Origin: an uncultured Actinomycetota bacterium
GTDB taxonomy: Bacteria > Actinomycetota > Actinomycetes > CAVWCF01
Assembly (NCBI GenBank): GCA_963753435.1
Contig: CAVWCF010000001.1
Span: 922,711-986,710, forward strand
Reading direction: 5' to 3'
Length of the DNA: 64,000 nucleotides
Shown here: piece after piece, positions 10,214-20,620 of the stretch
Numbering within the stretch: the first letter of the stretch is position 1
How the letters are laid out: each line of letters starts with the position of its first letter
Position numbers and translations under genes: made by a program
The notes under the pieces: generated by a model
Told to the model about the DNA's origin: nothing
The model's database searches: none
Seen by the model: the letters and a program-made list of their open reading frames with translations, nothing else

Positions 10214-10417
10214 TCACTCCGCCGCCACGTCGACTCCGACGCCGTTGGGGCCAGGAGTCGCCTCCTCCAGCAGCATGACGGGGATGCCGTCGCGGATGGG
10301 AAACGTTGTCGCGCACACATCACAGGTGATGACCGCCGCTGCTTCATCGGCAGTCACCGGGGCGTGGCGCTGGCACGGGCAGGCCAGCACTTCCAGGAGG
10401 ACCGGATCCAGTGCCAT
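10214..10417 (-). CDS. Trm112-family small protein (DUF343)
   Basis: 67 aa with the LACP...C...IPVMLL pattern typical of Trm112p-like proteins. Conserved neighbour of manA and pmm (Rv3256c-region). Confidence 0.65.
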   Translation of the reverse strand: MALDPVLLEVLACPCQRHAPVTADEAAAVITCDVCATTFPIRDGIPVMLLEEATPGPNGVGVDVAAE

Positions 10418-10418
10418 G

Positions 10419-11768
10419 TCAGGAATCCTCCCCCACCAAATCGAGCACCCGGTCGCGAATACCGGCCATGGTTGCCTCGTCCACCCCTTCGACGTTCAAG
10501 CGCAGCAGCGGCTCGGTGTTACTCGGGCGCAGGTTGAACCACCAGTCTTCAGCCGTCACCGTAAGACCGTCGAGATCGTCGATCTGCTCGCCGCTGAACT
10601 GCGCTGCCACCGCCTGCTGGGTGCCACCCGCATCTGCGACCCGGCGATTGATCTCGCCGCTGGCCGAGTAGCGCTGGAACTGCGCGAACACCTCAGACGC
10701 GGCGCCGGCTCGGCCCACGGCCGCGATGGCGTGCAGCGCGGCCAGCATGCCGGAGTCGGCGCGCCAGAAGTCACGGAAGTAGAAGTGCCCGGAGTGCTCG
10801 CCACCGAAAACGGCTCCGGTTTCGGCCATCAACGCCTTGATGAACGAATGCCCCACGCGGCTGCGTACCGGCTGGCCCCCGTTCTCGGTGACGATCTCGG
10901 GCACCGCTCGGGACGTGATCAGGTTGTGAATGATGCTGGCCCCAGGGTGTCGCTTCAGTTCGGCTACCGCGATGAGCGCCGTCAGCGTGCTCGGTGACAC
11001 GATCGCGCCGGTCTCGTCGATGACGAAGCAGCGGTCGGCGTCGCCGTCGAAGGCCAGCCCGAGGTCAGCGCCGCCGGCCACCACTGCCTGCCGCAGATCG
11101 ACCAGGTTGGCCGGGTCGATCGGGTTCGCCTCGTGGTTGGGGAAACTGCCGTCCAACTCGAAGTACATGGCTTCGACGTCCAGTTGCGGGACCGAGCCGA
11201 GCACCGCGGGCACCGTGTGCCCAGCCATGCCGTTGCCGGCGTCCACGACCACCCGCAGCGGACGAATGCCGTCAAGGCTGACGAGGCCGAGCAGGTACTT
11301 CGCGTAGTCGCCGAGGACATCCCGGTGGCTGGTGGTGCCGGGCGTCGCGGCAGTCGGCGGCAAGGAACCTGATTCGACCATCCGCCGCAGGTCCGTCAGC
11401 CCCGAGTCCTGCCCGATCGGGGCCGCGCCCTTACGACATAACTTGATCCCGTTGTACTTGGCCGGGTTGTGACTGGCGGTGAACATCGCGCCGGGCAGGT
11501 CCAGGTGGCCGGAGGCGAAGTACAACTGGTCCGTTGCCGCCAGGCCGATGTGCACGACGTTCTTGCCCCGGCTGGCGACTCCAGCAGCAAAAGCTTCAGC
11601 CAACTGTGGAGATGTGGGCCGCATGTCCTGGCCGATGACCACCGCCTCGGCATCCGGAATCAGCGCGGTGAATGCCGCCCCGAGCTGCTCGGCGAGGTCG
11701 GCGTCCCAGTCGTCGGGGACAACGCCCCGCACGTCGTAGGCCTTGATCAGGTGCGACAGGTCGGACAC
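10419..11768 (-). CDS. Phosphomannomutase/phosphoglucomutase (alpha-D-phosphohexomutase)
   Basis: Active-site loop TASHNPAKYNGIK. Metal-binding region DGDADR. Sugar-binding region GGEHSGH. 449 aa. Rv3257c (pmmA)-like position. Confidence 0.9.
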   Translation of the reverse strand: MSDLSHLIKAYDVRGVVPDDWDADLAEQLGAAFTALIPDAEAVVIGQDMRPTSPQLAEAFAAGVASRGKNVVHIGLAATDQLYFASGHLDLPGAMFTASHNPAKYNGIKLCRKGAAPIGQDSGLTDLRRMVESGSLPPTAATPGTTSHRDVLGDYAKYLLGLVSLDGIRPLRVVVDAGNGMAGHTVPAVLGSVPQLDVEAMYFELDGSFPNHEANPIDPANLVDLRQAVVAGGADLGLAFDGDADRCFVIDETGAIVSPSTLTALIAVAELKRHPGASIIHNLITSRAVPEIVTENGGQPVRSRVGHSFIKALMAETGAVFGGEHSGHFYFRDFWRADSGMLAALHAIAAVGRAGAASEVFAQFQRYSASGEINRRVADAGGTQQAVAAQFSGEQIDDLDGLTVTAEDWWFNLRPSNTEPLLRLNVEGVDEATMAGIRDRVLDLVGEDS

Positions 11769-11793
11769 GCGCCGGAGCGTAGTGCCGGTGGTG

Positions 11794-12022
11794 CTACTGC
11801 TTGCGCGTGCGCTGCAGCACCTCTTCGACCTCGAGCTCGCCGTCCGGGCCGACCCAGGCGCGGTGTTCGCACTGGCGGCAGGAGACGAAGGTGACCTCGG
11901 TCCCGTCGGTCAGGGTCATCCCAAGAACGGTCGTTCGCGAACTCCGGCAGGCACCGCAGACAGCGGGTGTGGACGTGACTACGACCGAACCAAGGGGTTC
12001 GTCGCGTTGCTTGGTTGCCATG
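11794..12022 (-). CDS. Small zinc-ribbon protein, function unknown
   Basis: 75 aa from the ATG preceding MATKQRDEP. Two CxxC pairs (CGAC ... CRQC). The upstream part of the 198-aa ORF is low-complexity and probably not coding. Confidence 0.5.
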
Positions 12023-12070
12023 GGCACCTCCGGGGGAAGACGGACGGTACGGGTCGGTTTGCGGACTGAA

Positions 12071-12454
12071 TCAGTCGGATCTTGGTGGGACCACGCGAAG
12101 GTGTCCGCGCCGCCCCGTCGCCGGTGCGAGGGTTGCGGTCTCGGCTTCCTCAGCGGCACCGCCGGCCTCCCGGACGGCGTCGGCCAGCGCGAGCAGGTCA
12201 TCGGTGCTGGGCAGCAACGAGTCCGGGTCGGGGGCCTGTCGCAGCACCTCCCACCCGCGTGGGGCGGTGAGGCGGTCCGAATGCTCCGCGCACAGGTCAT
12301 AGCAGTGCGGTTCGGCATAAACCGCCAGCGGACCCAGCACGGCGGTCGAGTCGGCGTAGACGTACGTGAGCGTCGCAACCGCTGAACCACGGCAACCCGG
12401 TCGCGAACAGCGACGCGCAGAACTCACGGGCGAACCGTATTCCGCATCCGCCAT
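12071..12454 (-). CDS. DUF3499-family protein (Rv3258c-like)
   Basis: Starts MADAEYGSP. Motifs CSRPGC ... HCYDLCAEH match DUF3499. Conserved position between pmm and whiB in actinobacteria. Confidence 0.7.
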   Translation of the reverse strand: MADAEYGSPVSSARRCSRPGCRGSAVATLTYVYADSTAVLGPLAVYAEPHCYDLCAEHSDRLTAPRGWEVLRQAPDPDSLLPSTDDLLALADAVREAGGAAEEAETATLAPATGRRGHLRVVPPRSD

Positions 12455-12487
12455 CAAGCCGGATCGCCACGCCGGGCGACTTAGTGT

Positions 12488-12904
12488 GTGAGCGTGATCC
12501 GGTGGCTGCGACCCCGCCCGGTGGTGCGTCGCCGCGACCGGCGCGGGCGTGGCCTGCGCGGGCCGCTGGCGCCGCCCCAGGTTCCGATCGCGGCGACTCG
12601 GGCCGAGGGGTTCGACGACCTGGTCGGGGACGCGATCGTCGTCGCTAGACAACGGTTGGCGGCAGCCGGAGTGGACCGGCCCCTGCAATCGGTGCGAATC
12701 CGGGTCGACGAGGTACCGCCGGAGGGCACTGGCCTGGCCGCGGCACGGTCCGGCAACCCGGCAGAACTGACCGTCTTCCGGCGCCCGATAGAGGCCCGGT
12801 CCGCGCCTGGGCGCGATCGGGCTCGGCTGGTGCGCGAGGTGGTGCTTGAGCAGGCCGCGACCCTTTACGGCCTGCCGCCGGACGCACTGACGGACGGTGA
12901 TTGA
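12488..12904 (+). CDS. Conserved actinobacterial protein (Rv3259-like, putative metallopeptidase-like family)
   Basis: 138 aa, divergent from the DUF3499 gene. The conserved C-terminal LYGLPPD-type segment resembles the Rv3259 family. Call based on synteny and family memory only. Confidence 0.5.
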   Translation: MSVIRWLRPRPVVRRRDRRGRGLRGPLAPPQVPIAATRAEGFDDLVGDAIVVARQRLAAAGVDRPLQSVRIRVDEVPPEGTGLAAARSGNPAELTVFRRPIEARSAPGRDRARLVREVVLEQAATLYGLPPDALTDGD

Positions 12905-12979
12905 CCAGCAACGACTGACCAGAGGCGACCGGCTACCGGCTGGAGCTGCGCCGACTCGGACTCGCCGCGACCGGATCGG

Positions 12980-14431
12980 CTAGCGCCCAGACCGCCCAGC
13001 GGCCGGGTCGGCCGGTGCCGCGGGCAGCGTTACCGAGTCGGGTCTGCTCGTAAGCGGAACGGCCGCCACAAACACGGAGTCGTTGACCGCGACCGACGAG
13101 AGCCGCGCCACGTGGACCGGTTCGGGCCCAGCGGTGACCAGGATCGAGTAGGCGCCGGCCGGTGGCGCAACGCTCAACGTGGCCGCGCTTCGGGTGGCCA
13201 CCTTCAACTGCGACGTCGTGCGCCGCCCCTCAGCGTCCACAACCGTGACTTCGACAGTTGTCGCGTCCCCGGGTGCGATCACCGACAACCGGGCGGCCAC
13301 GTCGGGCGTGTTCGTCGGGGCCGCGGCTTCGCCGACCAGCGCCGGGGTTGCGGTTGCGTAGGCGAAGTCCTGCGGCGTGCCACCGGCACGCAACCGCACA
13401 CCCGCGAGCACTGGCTCATCGGCCGTAACCAGGAGCCCGACGTCGGCCCGCCCCACCAACTCGGTCAGCGAGGCCGCGACCAGCCCACCGGCCGGGACCT
13501 CTACCGCCTCAAGTCCTACTGGGATGAATGCGCCGTCGGCGGCGACAACTTCGACCTGGACACTCGCGGTTCGCTCGCCCGGCGCGGCGAGCAGCAGCTC
13601 CGACTCGCCGTCCGGCAAAGCGAACACGCCTGGCACTACCAAGGTGGTGGCCGGCACCGCCGCTGGCGGGACCCAGTCGATCCCCTGCGGCTCAGCGCCG
13701 CGGATCGACAGGTCGAACAGACCGGCCGAAACCCGACCGCTGCGAGCGGTGACATGCAGAGCGAGCGCCGGTTGCCCCGGGGCCAGTTGGTCCATCCGCA
13801 CGCTGGCGCGCCCGCCCCCGGGTACCGGCACACCCTGACCTGCCACCGGCTCGGCCAGCCCCGCGGGCGTGAACAGTCGGATGTCGACCGCCGCAGCGGT
13901 CGGGTCCGGGTTGACCAGTTCCAGCACTGTGCGCCGCCCCACGTCGGAACCGCCACCCACGAACCAGAACTCCGTGCTCGCCGCGGGACAGACCAACTCC
14001 GCCAAGCCGACCGCGTCACCAGCACCGGATCGCGAAACCTGCGTCACGGTCAAGCCGGCAGCTCCACCTTCGGTCCCAAGGACGCCGGTCACCTGCGACT
14101 GCGGCACCCAGGCCCGCAACGGCCGATCGGCGTCGGAGCTGGCGGTGGCAGTGAATCCGGCGCCGGACTCGGTGGCCGGCTCCTCGGTCCCGGGCGCTAG
14201 CGCGCCCAGGGAGATCGTTCCGGGGGTCGTTCCGGTCGTCGCCAGGGCCCCGACACCGGACTGGCCGGGGCCGGGGGCGCAGTAGGCGCTGGCCGCTGCC
14301 AGCGGCTCGGTGACGGGCTGGGCCGTCGGCGTGACCGCCGGCACCGTCGCCGCGGCCATGACGAGCAGCAGGAGACCGCCGGCAACCGCGCTTACGCGCA
14401 CCAACGGATCGCGGCTGGCGGGGGCGGTCAT
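12980..14431 (-). CDS. Secreted protein, DUF5719-like
   Basis: Signal peptide (LLLLVMAAATVPAVTPTA). 483 aa Ala/Gly/Thr/Val-rich beta-type sequence. 4-nt overlap with the upstream GT2-membrane gene. Confidence 0.5.
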   Translation of the reverse strand: MTAPASRDPLVRVSAVAGGLLLLVMAAATVPAVTPTAQPVTEPLAAASAYCAPGPGQSGVGALATTGTTPGTISLGALAPGTEEPATESGAGFTATASSDADRPLRAWVPQSQVTGVLGTEGGAAGLTVTQVSRSGAGDAVGLAELVCPAASTEFWFVGGGSDVGRRTVLELVNPDPTAAAVDIRLFTPAGLAEPVAGQGVPVPGGGRASVRMDQLAPGQPALALHVTARSGRVSAGLFDLSIRGAEPQGIDWVPPAAVPATTLVVPGVFALPDGESELLLAAPGERTASVQVEVVAADGAFIPVGLEAVEVPAGGLVAASLTELVGRADVGLLVTADEPVLAGVRLRAGGTPQDFAYATATPALVGEAAAPTNTPDVAARLSVIAPGDATTVEVTVVDAEGRRTTSQLKVATRSAATLSVAPPAGAYSILVTAGPEPVHVARLSSVAVNDSVFVAAVPLTSRPDSVTLPAAPADPAAGRSGR

Positions 14432-17400
14432 GCGACTGCCCCTTGGGCCAGCGCCGGGTCGGCCTCGTCGGCAACCGCGTCGGCGTCAGGGTCGGGCCGC
14501 CGGCCTGGCAGCGCGGTCAGGACTACGCCGGCCAGAACCAAAGCCTGTGCGAGCAGCCACCAGCCGCGATTGTCGGAGTAGTCCACGCGCAGCGAACCGC
14601 CTTCCGCAGGCAACTGGAACGACTGCGCCCAGCCGGCTTCAGCCCGGGCCAGCGGCTCCCCGCTGAGGGTGGCAGACCAGCCGCCAGCTGCCGCTTCGGC
14701 GATTTCCACGCGTCGTTCAGCCGTGCCCGGCGGAACGACGATCGGACCGGCAACGGGGTCACCCACGAGCTGAATCCGAGTGCCATCGGCAGCGACCACC
14801 GTGGCCACCGAGGGCTCCCCATCGAGCCGCCAAACCGCGACTCCGGTGGCGCCGCTGACCCGCGACAGCCCCGCCGTCTGGGCGAGGCGCTGCTCGGCCC
14901 ACGTGGCCACCGGCGCGGCCAGCTGCACGTAGCGGATGCCATGCGCGCGTAGCCGCTCCGCCTCGCCACCGCGAGGCTGACCGCCGAGCAGGTCGGCCAC
15001 CAACCCGGCGAGGTCGGCGGTGGCCGCCTCGGCTACCGGTGTGCTGCGCTCAGCGTCGGAAAGGCGCGCACCGCTGCCCCGCAACAAGGCCCAAGGCGCG
15101 GAAGTGCTGGTTCCGCTGGCGGCGTCCGCCGCGATGAGAAGCGTTCGGGCGCCCGCAGTCTCGGCGGCGTCGGCGGCAACGAAAGCCGGGACGCTTTCGG
15201 CCGGTCCCCGCTGCAACGGGTCGGCAGCGCCGATCCAGATCCAGGCGGTCGCTGCCACCAGCGGGGCAATCAGCCCCAGACCCAGAACCGCCGCAGCGAC
15301 AGGTTGACGCCAACCGAAGCCGACCTCACGCAGACGTCGCTCGGCACCTTCCGCGCCAAGCGCCGTGGCCACGATCAGCCCGGCCCCGGCAACCACCAGA
15401 CCGGGACCGGCCCACCCCAGCACCGCCGCCCCGACCGTCGGCGGCTGCACGGTGACCACTGAGGCCAGCAGCGCCGCGGCCAGGCCGACGAGGGCAACAG
15501 CCCACGCCCAGGCGATCACGACGGCGTGCCGCCAACGGAGCAGTGCGACCAGCGCACCGAGGACAAGAACCGCACCTACGGGCACGGGTGTGGACCCCGG
15601 CCCGCCCGGGTCCAGCAGCAGCACGCGCCACGCGGGGGTCGCCGGCGACAGCGTCGCGGCGGGTGCGCCCAAGTCGAGGAGCGCCCATTCTGGGTGCCGC
15701 AGCAGCCAAAGCGACCACGGCACCAGCGCCACCACCGGGACAGCTGCCAACGACGCCCGCTTTGCCCAAGCGTCGCGATCTCTGCGACCGGAGAGTCCCC
15801 CTGCCAACAGCAGGAGCACGGCGATCGGCCACACGACCGGCACGAATGCGACGACAACCGAAAGCAGGAGTCCGGCGGCCGCTACCCGGCGCCAGGTCCC
15901 GCCGTCGCGCACAACCGGAAGGGCCGCCGCCGCCAACGGGGGCAGCAACACCAGCAGGACCAGGGTGCCGATGCGCCCAGAAGCCTGGGCTCCGGTCGCG
16001 GCCGGCAGCAGCGCATAGGCAGCCGCCCCCCAGACCCGACCGATGCGGCCGACCCCGAACCTGCCCAGGGCGAAGTACGCGGTTAGCGCCGCCAGGGGGA
16101 TCGACAACAAGACCAGCAGGTCGACTGTGACCGCCACCGACCCAAGAGCCAGTCCGGAGGCCGCTGCCAGCACGGCGTAGGCGGGCGGCGCCGGCAGCGC
16201 GGATCCGTCCGCCACCGGATGCCAGGCCTCCAGATACCCGCGCCACAGGTCAGCGGCCCCGGCCGTGGCGGGCAACAGCGCCCCACCGGACAGCCAGCCG
16301 CCGCCAATCAGTCCCCGCCCCGCCAGGAGCGCGGCGACGACGCCGACGACTGCGATCAGCCACCCCGGCCGTGAAGTCGCACGGCGAAGCCGCGAATCAG
16401 GCTCATCGGAGTCCACGTCTGCCTGCAGCGCTCGTTCGGCGAGCGCGCCCGAGGCCGCGTCCCAAGCGTGCCGAAGCCCGACTCCTGGCGGCGGCTTCAG
16501 ATGCCGCAGATCTCGTTCGGACGTCGTGCGCAACTGCCGAGCCGCTGCGCGCGCCCTCCAGACTGATCCGATTTGCCGGTAGAAGCCGACCACGGCCCGG
16601 AACTCCTCGGCGGCCACACCGGGCTCCTTGGCCACGAGATATCCGATGACCCGGAGCAGGGAGGCGACCAGGATGCCGACCAACTGCAGCGGGAATTGCC
16701 ACGCAGGTGCGCGCACCGCGGCGGCGTACAAGGCGGAGCGGCGTTGTGCGGTGTGCCGGGAGGCGTCGGCGTGCCGCCCGGTCGCGGCCGCATCCGGTCG
16801 ACGACGGCCATGCGCCATCGCCTCGGCGTGAAACACCACTGCGCTGGGCACCACCGCGACCCGCGCCCCGGCGAGGTTTGCCCGCCAGCCCAGGTCCAGG
16901 TCCTCCCCGAACAGGCGCAGCTGGGGGTCAAATCCCCCGAGCCGGTCCCAGACCTCGCGGCGGATCAGCAGGCCCGGCGAGCCGACGGCGAGCACGTCCC
17001 GCTGCGCATCGTGTTGGCCCTGGTCCTGCTCATGCCGCTCCAGACCGGTTTCGCGGCGCCCCAGCCAGGTTGCCGTCAGACCCACCTCGAGCAGCCAGTG
17101 TCGGTCGTGCCAGGCGATGACTTTGGGGCCGGCCACTGCGATGGAAGGAGCGTCGGCGATGGCAACCAGCAGTTGCTTCAGGGCATCCGGGGCGGGTGCG
17201 CAGTCGTCGTGGAGGACCCAGATGAACTGGTCGTCGTGGTCGACCGGATCCCGGTCGGCGTGGGACAAGCCCGCCGCAATCGCTTCGCCGAACCCGGTCC
17301 CCCGATCCAAGGTGACCACGGACTCCGCTCCCAGGGCGGCGGCCAGGAGCTCGCCGGTGGAATCGGCGGAACCGGTGTCCACGGCGATTACCCGATCCGG

Positions 17401-17546
17401 GGGGCGGGTCTGTCGCCGTAGGAAGTCCAAGGCCAGCGGGAGCCAGCGCGCACCGTCGTGAGCCACGATGACGGCGGTGACATCCGCCGCCAGCGGTTCG
17501 GCAGGGGCGACGTCGTCGTCGACGGTGAGTAGAAAGTCAGCCATGG
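14428..17546 (-). CDS. GT2-family glycosyltransferase fused to a large polytopic membrane domain
   Basis: N-terminal GT-A motifs (VIVAHDGARWLPLALDFLRRQTRPPDRVIAVDTGSADST; VLHDDCAP). Followed by more than 12 hydrophobic helices. Start placed at MADFLL; the MGPGPGP extension is doubtful. Confidence 0.8.
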
Positions 17547-17636
17547 GCGCGTTGGGGCCGGGCCCCGGGCCCACACCCTATGCGAGGGTTGGCGACGTCC
17601 AGGACGTCAAAGTGCGGCAGATGCGCCAGTCGGCGG

Positions 17637-17897
17637 TCAGACCGCAGCCGCGCGCTTGAGGCGACGGCGCTCACGCTCGGACAACCCGCCCCAGATCCCG
17701 AACCGTTCGTCGTTGGCGAGTGCGTACTCCAAACACTCCGCCTGGACTTCGCATCCGGAGCACACCCGCTTCGCCTCCCGGGTGGATCCCCCCTTCTCCG
17801 GGAAGAAGGACTCCGGGTCGGTCTGTGCGCACAGGGCGCGGTCCTGCCAATCGACCTGGTCTTCTCCTCCGCGAACGAGTGGGAACACCGTGCTCAT
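17637..17897 (-). CDS. whiB: WhiB-family transcription factor (WhiB2/WhmD-like)
   Basis: The four Cys of the Wbl [4Fe-4S] cluster (C...CSGCEVQAEC). G[I/V]WGG turn and basic tail (ERFGIWGGLSERERRRLKR). 86 aa. Confidence 0.9.
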   Translation of the reverse strand: MSTVFPLVRGGEDQVDWQDRALCAQTDPESFFPEKGGSTREAKRVCSGCEVQAECLEYALANDERFGIWGGLSERERRRLKRAAAV

Positions 17898-18081
17898 CGC
17901 GATTCCTCTCGACCCAGCCACCATGGGACGGCGGCGTTAGGGGGTATTACATGCTTGTCATTCACGTGCGGTCAAGAGGAAGAGCCAATCTGCGGTGGAC
18001 TAACGACCCGAAAACGCCTGAATCATGCCTAATCCGGTCAAATCATCTGATCGACGGCGCCGGCCCGCCAGATGAGCCGGA
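17898..18081 (-). promoter_or_regulatory. AT-richer intergenic region upstream of whiB (putative promoter and 5' leader)
   Basis: 184 bp between the fbiC stop and the whiB start. It is noticeably lower in GC than the surroundings (cattcacgtgcggtcaagaggaagagccaatc...aaatcatctgatcg). Confidence 0.4.
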
Positions 18082-20580
18082 TCAGTTCGCCAGACCGGAG
18101 AGCACGTCGCCGTAGCAAGTGGTCCGCTGCCGCGGCCGGCGACCGATTGAGTCGATCAGCGCCGTCAACTGTTGCGGCGTGCGCGCCGAGCCGTGCCCGG
18201 ACCCAGCCATCCGGGAGATCGTCTCCTCCATCAGGGTGCCGCCAAGGTCGTTGACGCCACCCGTCAGGACCGCCCGGCAGCCCTCGTCGCCCAACTTCAC
18301 CCAGGAGCACTGGATGTTGTTGATGCGGCCGTGCAGCAGCAGTCGGGCCACTGCGTGCACGGCCCGGTTGTCGCGCATGGTGGGTCCGGGTCGGGCCACG
18401 CCCGCCAGGTAGAGCGGTGCGGACTGATGCACGAACGGCAGGGGTACGAACTCGGTGAAACCGCCGGTCTCGTCCTGGGTCGCGGCCAGGGTCCGCAGGT
18501 GAGCCACCCAATGGACCGGTGAGTCCACGTGCCCGTACATCATCGTTGAACTGCTGGGCAGGCCAACCTCGTGGGCGGTGCGGATGACGTCCAGCCAGTC
18601 AGCGGCCGGCAGCTTGCCCTTGGTCAGGATCCAGCGAACGTCGTCGTCCAGGATCTCCGCCGCCGTACCCGGGATGGAGTCGACCCCGGCCGCCTTCGCC
18701 TCCAGCAGCCACTCCCGCACGCTGATTCCGAGCCTGGTTGCGCCGTTGGCGACCTCCATCGGGCTGAAGGCGTGCAGATGAATATCCGGCGCGGCTTGCT
18801 TCACTGCGCGGGCCAATTCGAAATAGGCCGAGCCGGGGAGATCCGGGTGGATGCCGCCCTGCATGCAGATCTCCGTGGCACCGACATCGGCCGCCTCGCG
18901 CACCCGCTGCCGGACCTGATCCAGCGACAACGTGAACGCGTCCGGATCGTTGCGGCGCTGCGCGAACGCGCAGAAACGACAGCCGGTGTAGCAGACGTTG
19001 GTGAAGTTGATGTTCCGGTTGAGGACGAACGTGACGTCCTCGCCGACGGAATCCGCCCGCACCTGGTCTGCCAGCCGCGTCAACTCCGCCAACTGCGCGC
19101 CGTCGCAGGTCAGCAGGTCCAGGTACTCCGCGTCGCTGAGCCCGGCGGGATCGATAGCCGCGTGCCGCAGCGCCGCTGCGAAATCCCCCGACACAGCCGC
19201 GGGCACGCTCGCCGGAACCGCCGCGGCCACGCTGGCCCAGTCGCCGAACACGTCGCCGACGTCGGAACGCGACTCAGCCCGACGACCGGCGCGGTCGATG
19301 TCCACGTTCAGATCCACCCGGCCGGCCGCCCCGGTCGGGTAGCCACCATCGGGCTCCTGCCAGGGCCGGCCCACGGGCAACCGGGTGCCCGCCAGCCCGG
19401 ACGGATCGGCCAGGGCCGCCACGTGACCAGCCACCCGCGGGTCGATCCAAGGCTCCCCGGCGAGCACGTACTCCGGGTGCACCGTCAGTCGTTCGACCAG
19501 TTGCATGCCCTGCCCGGCCACCGTCTGGGCGAGTTCGTCCAACTGCGGCCACGGCCGCTCCGGGTTGACGTGGTCCGGGGTGATCGGCGAGATCCCCCCA
19601 AGGTCGTCCACCCCTGCGGCCAGCAGTCGGGGCACGTCCGCGCCCTCCACGAGATTCGGCGGGGCCTGCAGTCGCAGACCCGGGCCAAGCAGCAGCCGGG
19701 CCACGGCCAGGGTGGCCAGGTACTCCTCGACGGCCAGGTCCGGCTCGGCCCGCATCGCGGTATCGGCCTTGGCCCGGAAGTTCTGCACGAGGACTTCCTG
19801 GATGCCGCCGTACTCGCGAGCGACCTTTCGCAGGGTCAAGATCCCGTCGACCCGTTCGGCGGCAGTCTCGCCGATCCCCACCAGCAATCCGGTGGTGAAG
19901 GGGATCGCCAACCGCCCGGCGTCCTGCAAGACGCGTAGCCGGACCGCAGGTTCCTTGTCGGGCGACCCGTAGTGCGGTCCGCCTGGTTGCGACCACAGCC
20001 GGGTCGCGGTCGTCTCCAACATCATCCCCATCGACGGGGCCACCGGCTTGAGTTGGGCAAGTTCCCGCCACGACATGACACCGGGGTTCAGGTGCGGCAG
20101 CAGGCCGGTCTCCTCCAGCACCAGGACCGCCATGGCCCGCACATAGGCGAGCGTGCTGTCGTAGCCGCGGGCGTCCAACCACTCGGCCGCTTGCGGCCAA
20201 CGCTCCTCCGGCCGGTCCCCCAGCGTGAAGAGCGCCTCCTTGCAGCCGACCGCAGCGGCCTTGGCCGCGATTTCCAGTACCTCCTCCGGCGCCAGGAACG
20301 GTGCGGGCACTTGTCCGGGGACGGTGGCGAACGTGCAGTAGTGGCAGCGGTCCCGACATAGCCGGGTAAGCGGGATGAACGCCTTGCGCGAGTACGTGAC
20401 CATCCCGGGGCGCCCGGCGGACACCAGGCCGGCGTCCCGCACCGCGGCGGCGGCACCCATCAACTCCACCAGCGCTTCGCCGCGGGCCGCGAGCAGGTGC
20501 GTCGACTCTTCGGCGTCGAGAGTCTGCGCACGCTCCACGCGCCGCATCGCGCGCAGCAGCAGGCGCTCCGCCTGGGACAT
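18082..20580 (-). CDS. fbiC: FO synthase (7,8-didemethyl-8-hydroxy-5-deazariboflavin synthase), fused CofG/CofH radical-SAM protein
   Basis: 832 aa. Two radical-SAM CxxxCxxC motifs ([10 protein letters not shown] and [10 protein letters not shown]). Confidence 0.9.
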   Translation of the reverse strand: MSQAERLLLRAMRRVERAQTLDAEESTHLLAARGEALVELMGAAAAVRDAGLVSAGRPGMVTYSRKAFIPLTRLCRDRCHYCTFATVPGQVPAPFLAPEEVLEIAAKAAAVGCKEALFTLGDRPEERWPQAAEWLDARGYDSTLAYVRAMAVLVLEETGLLPHLNPGVMSWRELAQLKPVAPSMGMMLETTATRLWSQPGGPHYGSPDKEPAVRLRVLQDAGRLAIPFTTGLLVGIGETAAERVDGILTLRKVAREYGGIQEVLVQNFRAKADTAMRAEPDLAVEEYLATLAVARLLLGPGLRLQAPPNLVEGADVPRLLAAGVDDLGGISPITPDHVNPERPWPQLDELAQTVAGQGMQLVERLTVHPEYVLAGEPWIDPRVAGHVAALADPSGLAGTRLPVGRPWQEPDGGYPTGAAGRVDLNVDIDRAGRRAESRSDVGDVFGDWASVAAAVPASVPAAVSGDFAAALRHAAIDPAGLSDAEYLDLLTCDGAQLAELTRLADQVRADSVGEDVTFVLNRNINFTNVCYTGCRFCAFAQRRNDPDAFTLSLDQVRQRVREAADVGATEICMQGGIHPDLPGSAYFELARAVKQAAPDIHLHAFSPMEVANGATRLGISVREWLLEAKAAGVDSIPGTAAEILDDDVRWILTKGKLPAADWLDVIRTAHEVGLPSSSTMMYGHVDSPVHWVAHLRTLAATQDETGGFTEFVPLPFVHQSAPLYLAGVARPGPTMRDNRAVHAVARLLLHGRINNIQCSWVKLGDEGCRAVLTGGVNDLGGTLMEETISRMAGSGHGSARTPQQLTALIDSIGRRPRQRTTCYGDVLSGLAN

Positions 20581-20620
20581 GACCGAACCCTACGGGCGGG
20601 GTGCAGGCAGACTGACCGCG

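Noticed and set aside
8868-10997. 709-aa plus-strand ORF spanning manA, the Trm112-like gene and the phosphomannomutase
   Set aside because: It is antisense to three genes with clear catalytic motifs. It has no motifs of its own and its composition is dominated by Arg/Gly/Ala.
17556-17574. GC-rich near-palindrome ggggccgggccccgggccc downstream of whiB as a terminator
   Set aside because: The stem is short and imperfect with no U-tract. The sequence may also be part of the N-terminal extension of the GT2-membrane ORF. I cannot distinguish it from background GC-rich symmetry.
18571-19938. 455-aa plus-strand ORF inside fbiC
   Set aside because: Antisense to the radical-SAM FO synthase. Low complexity.
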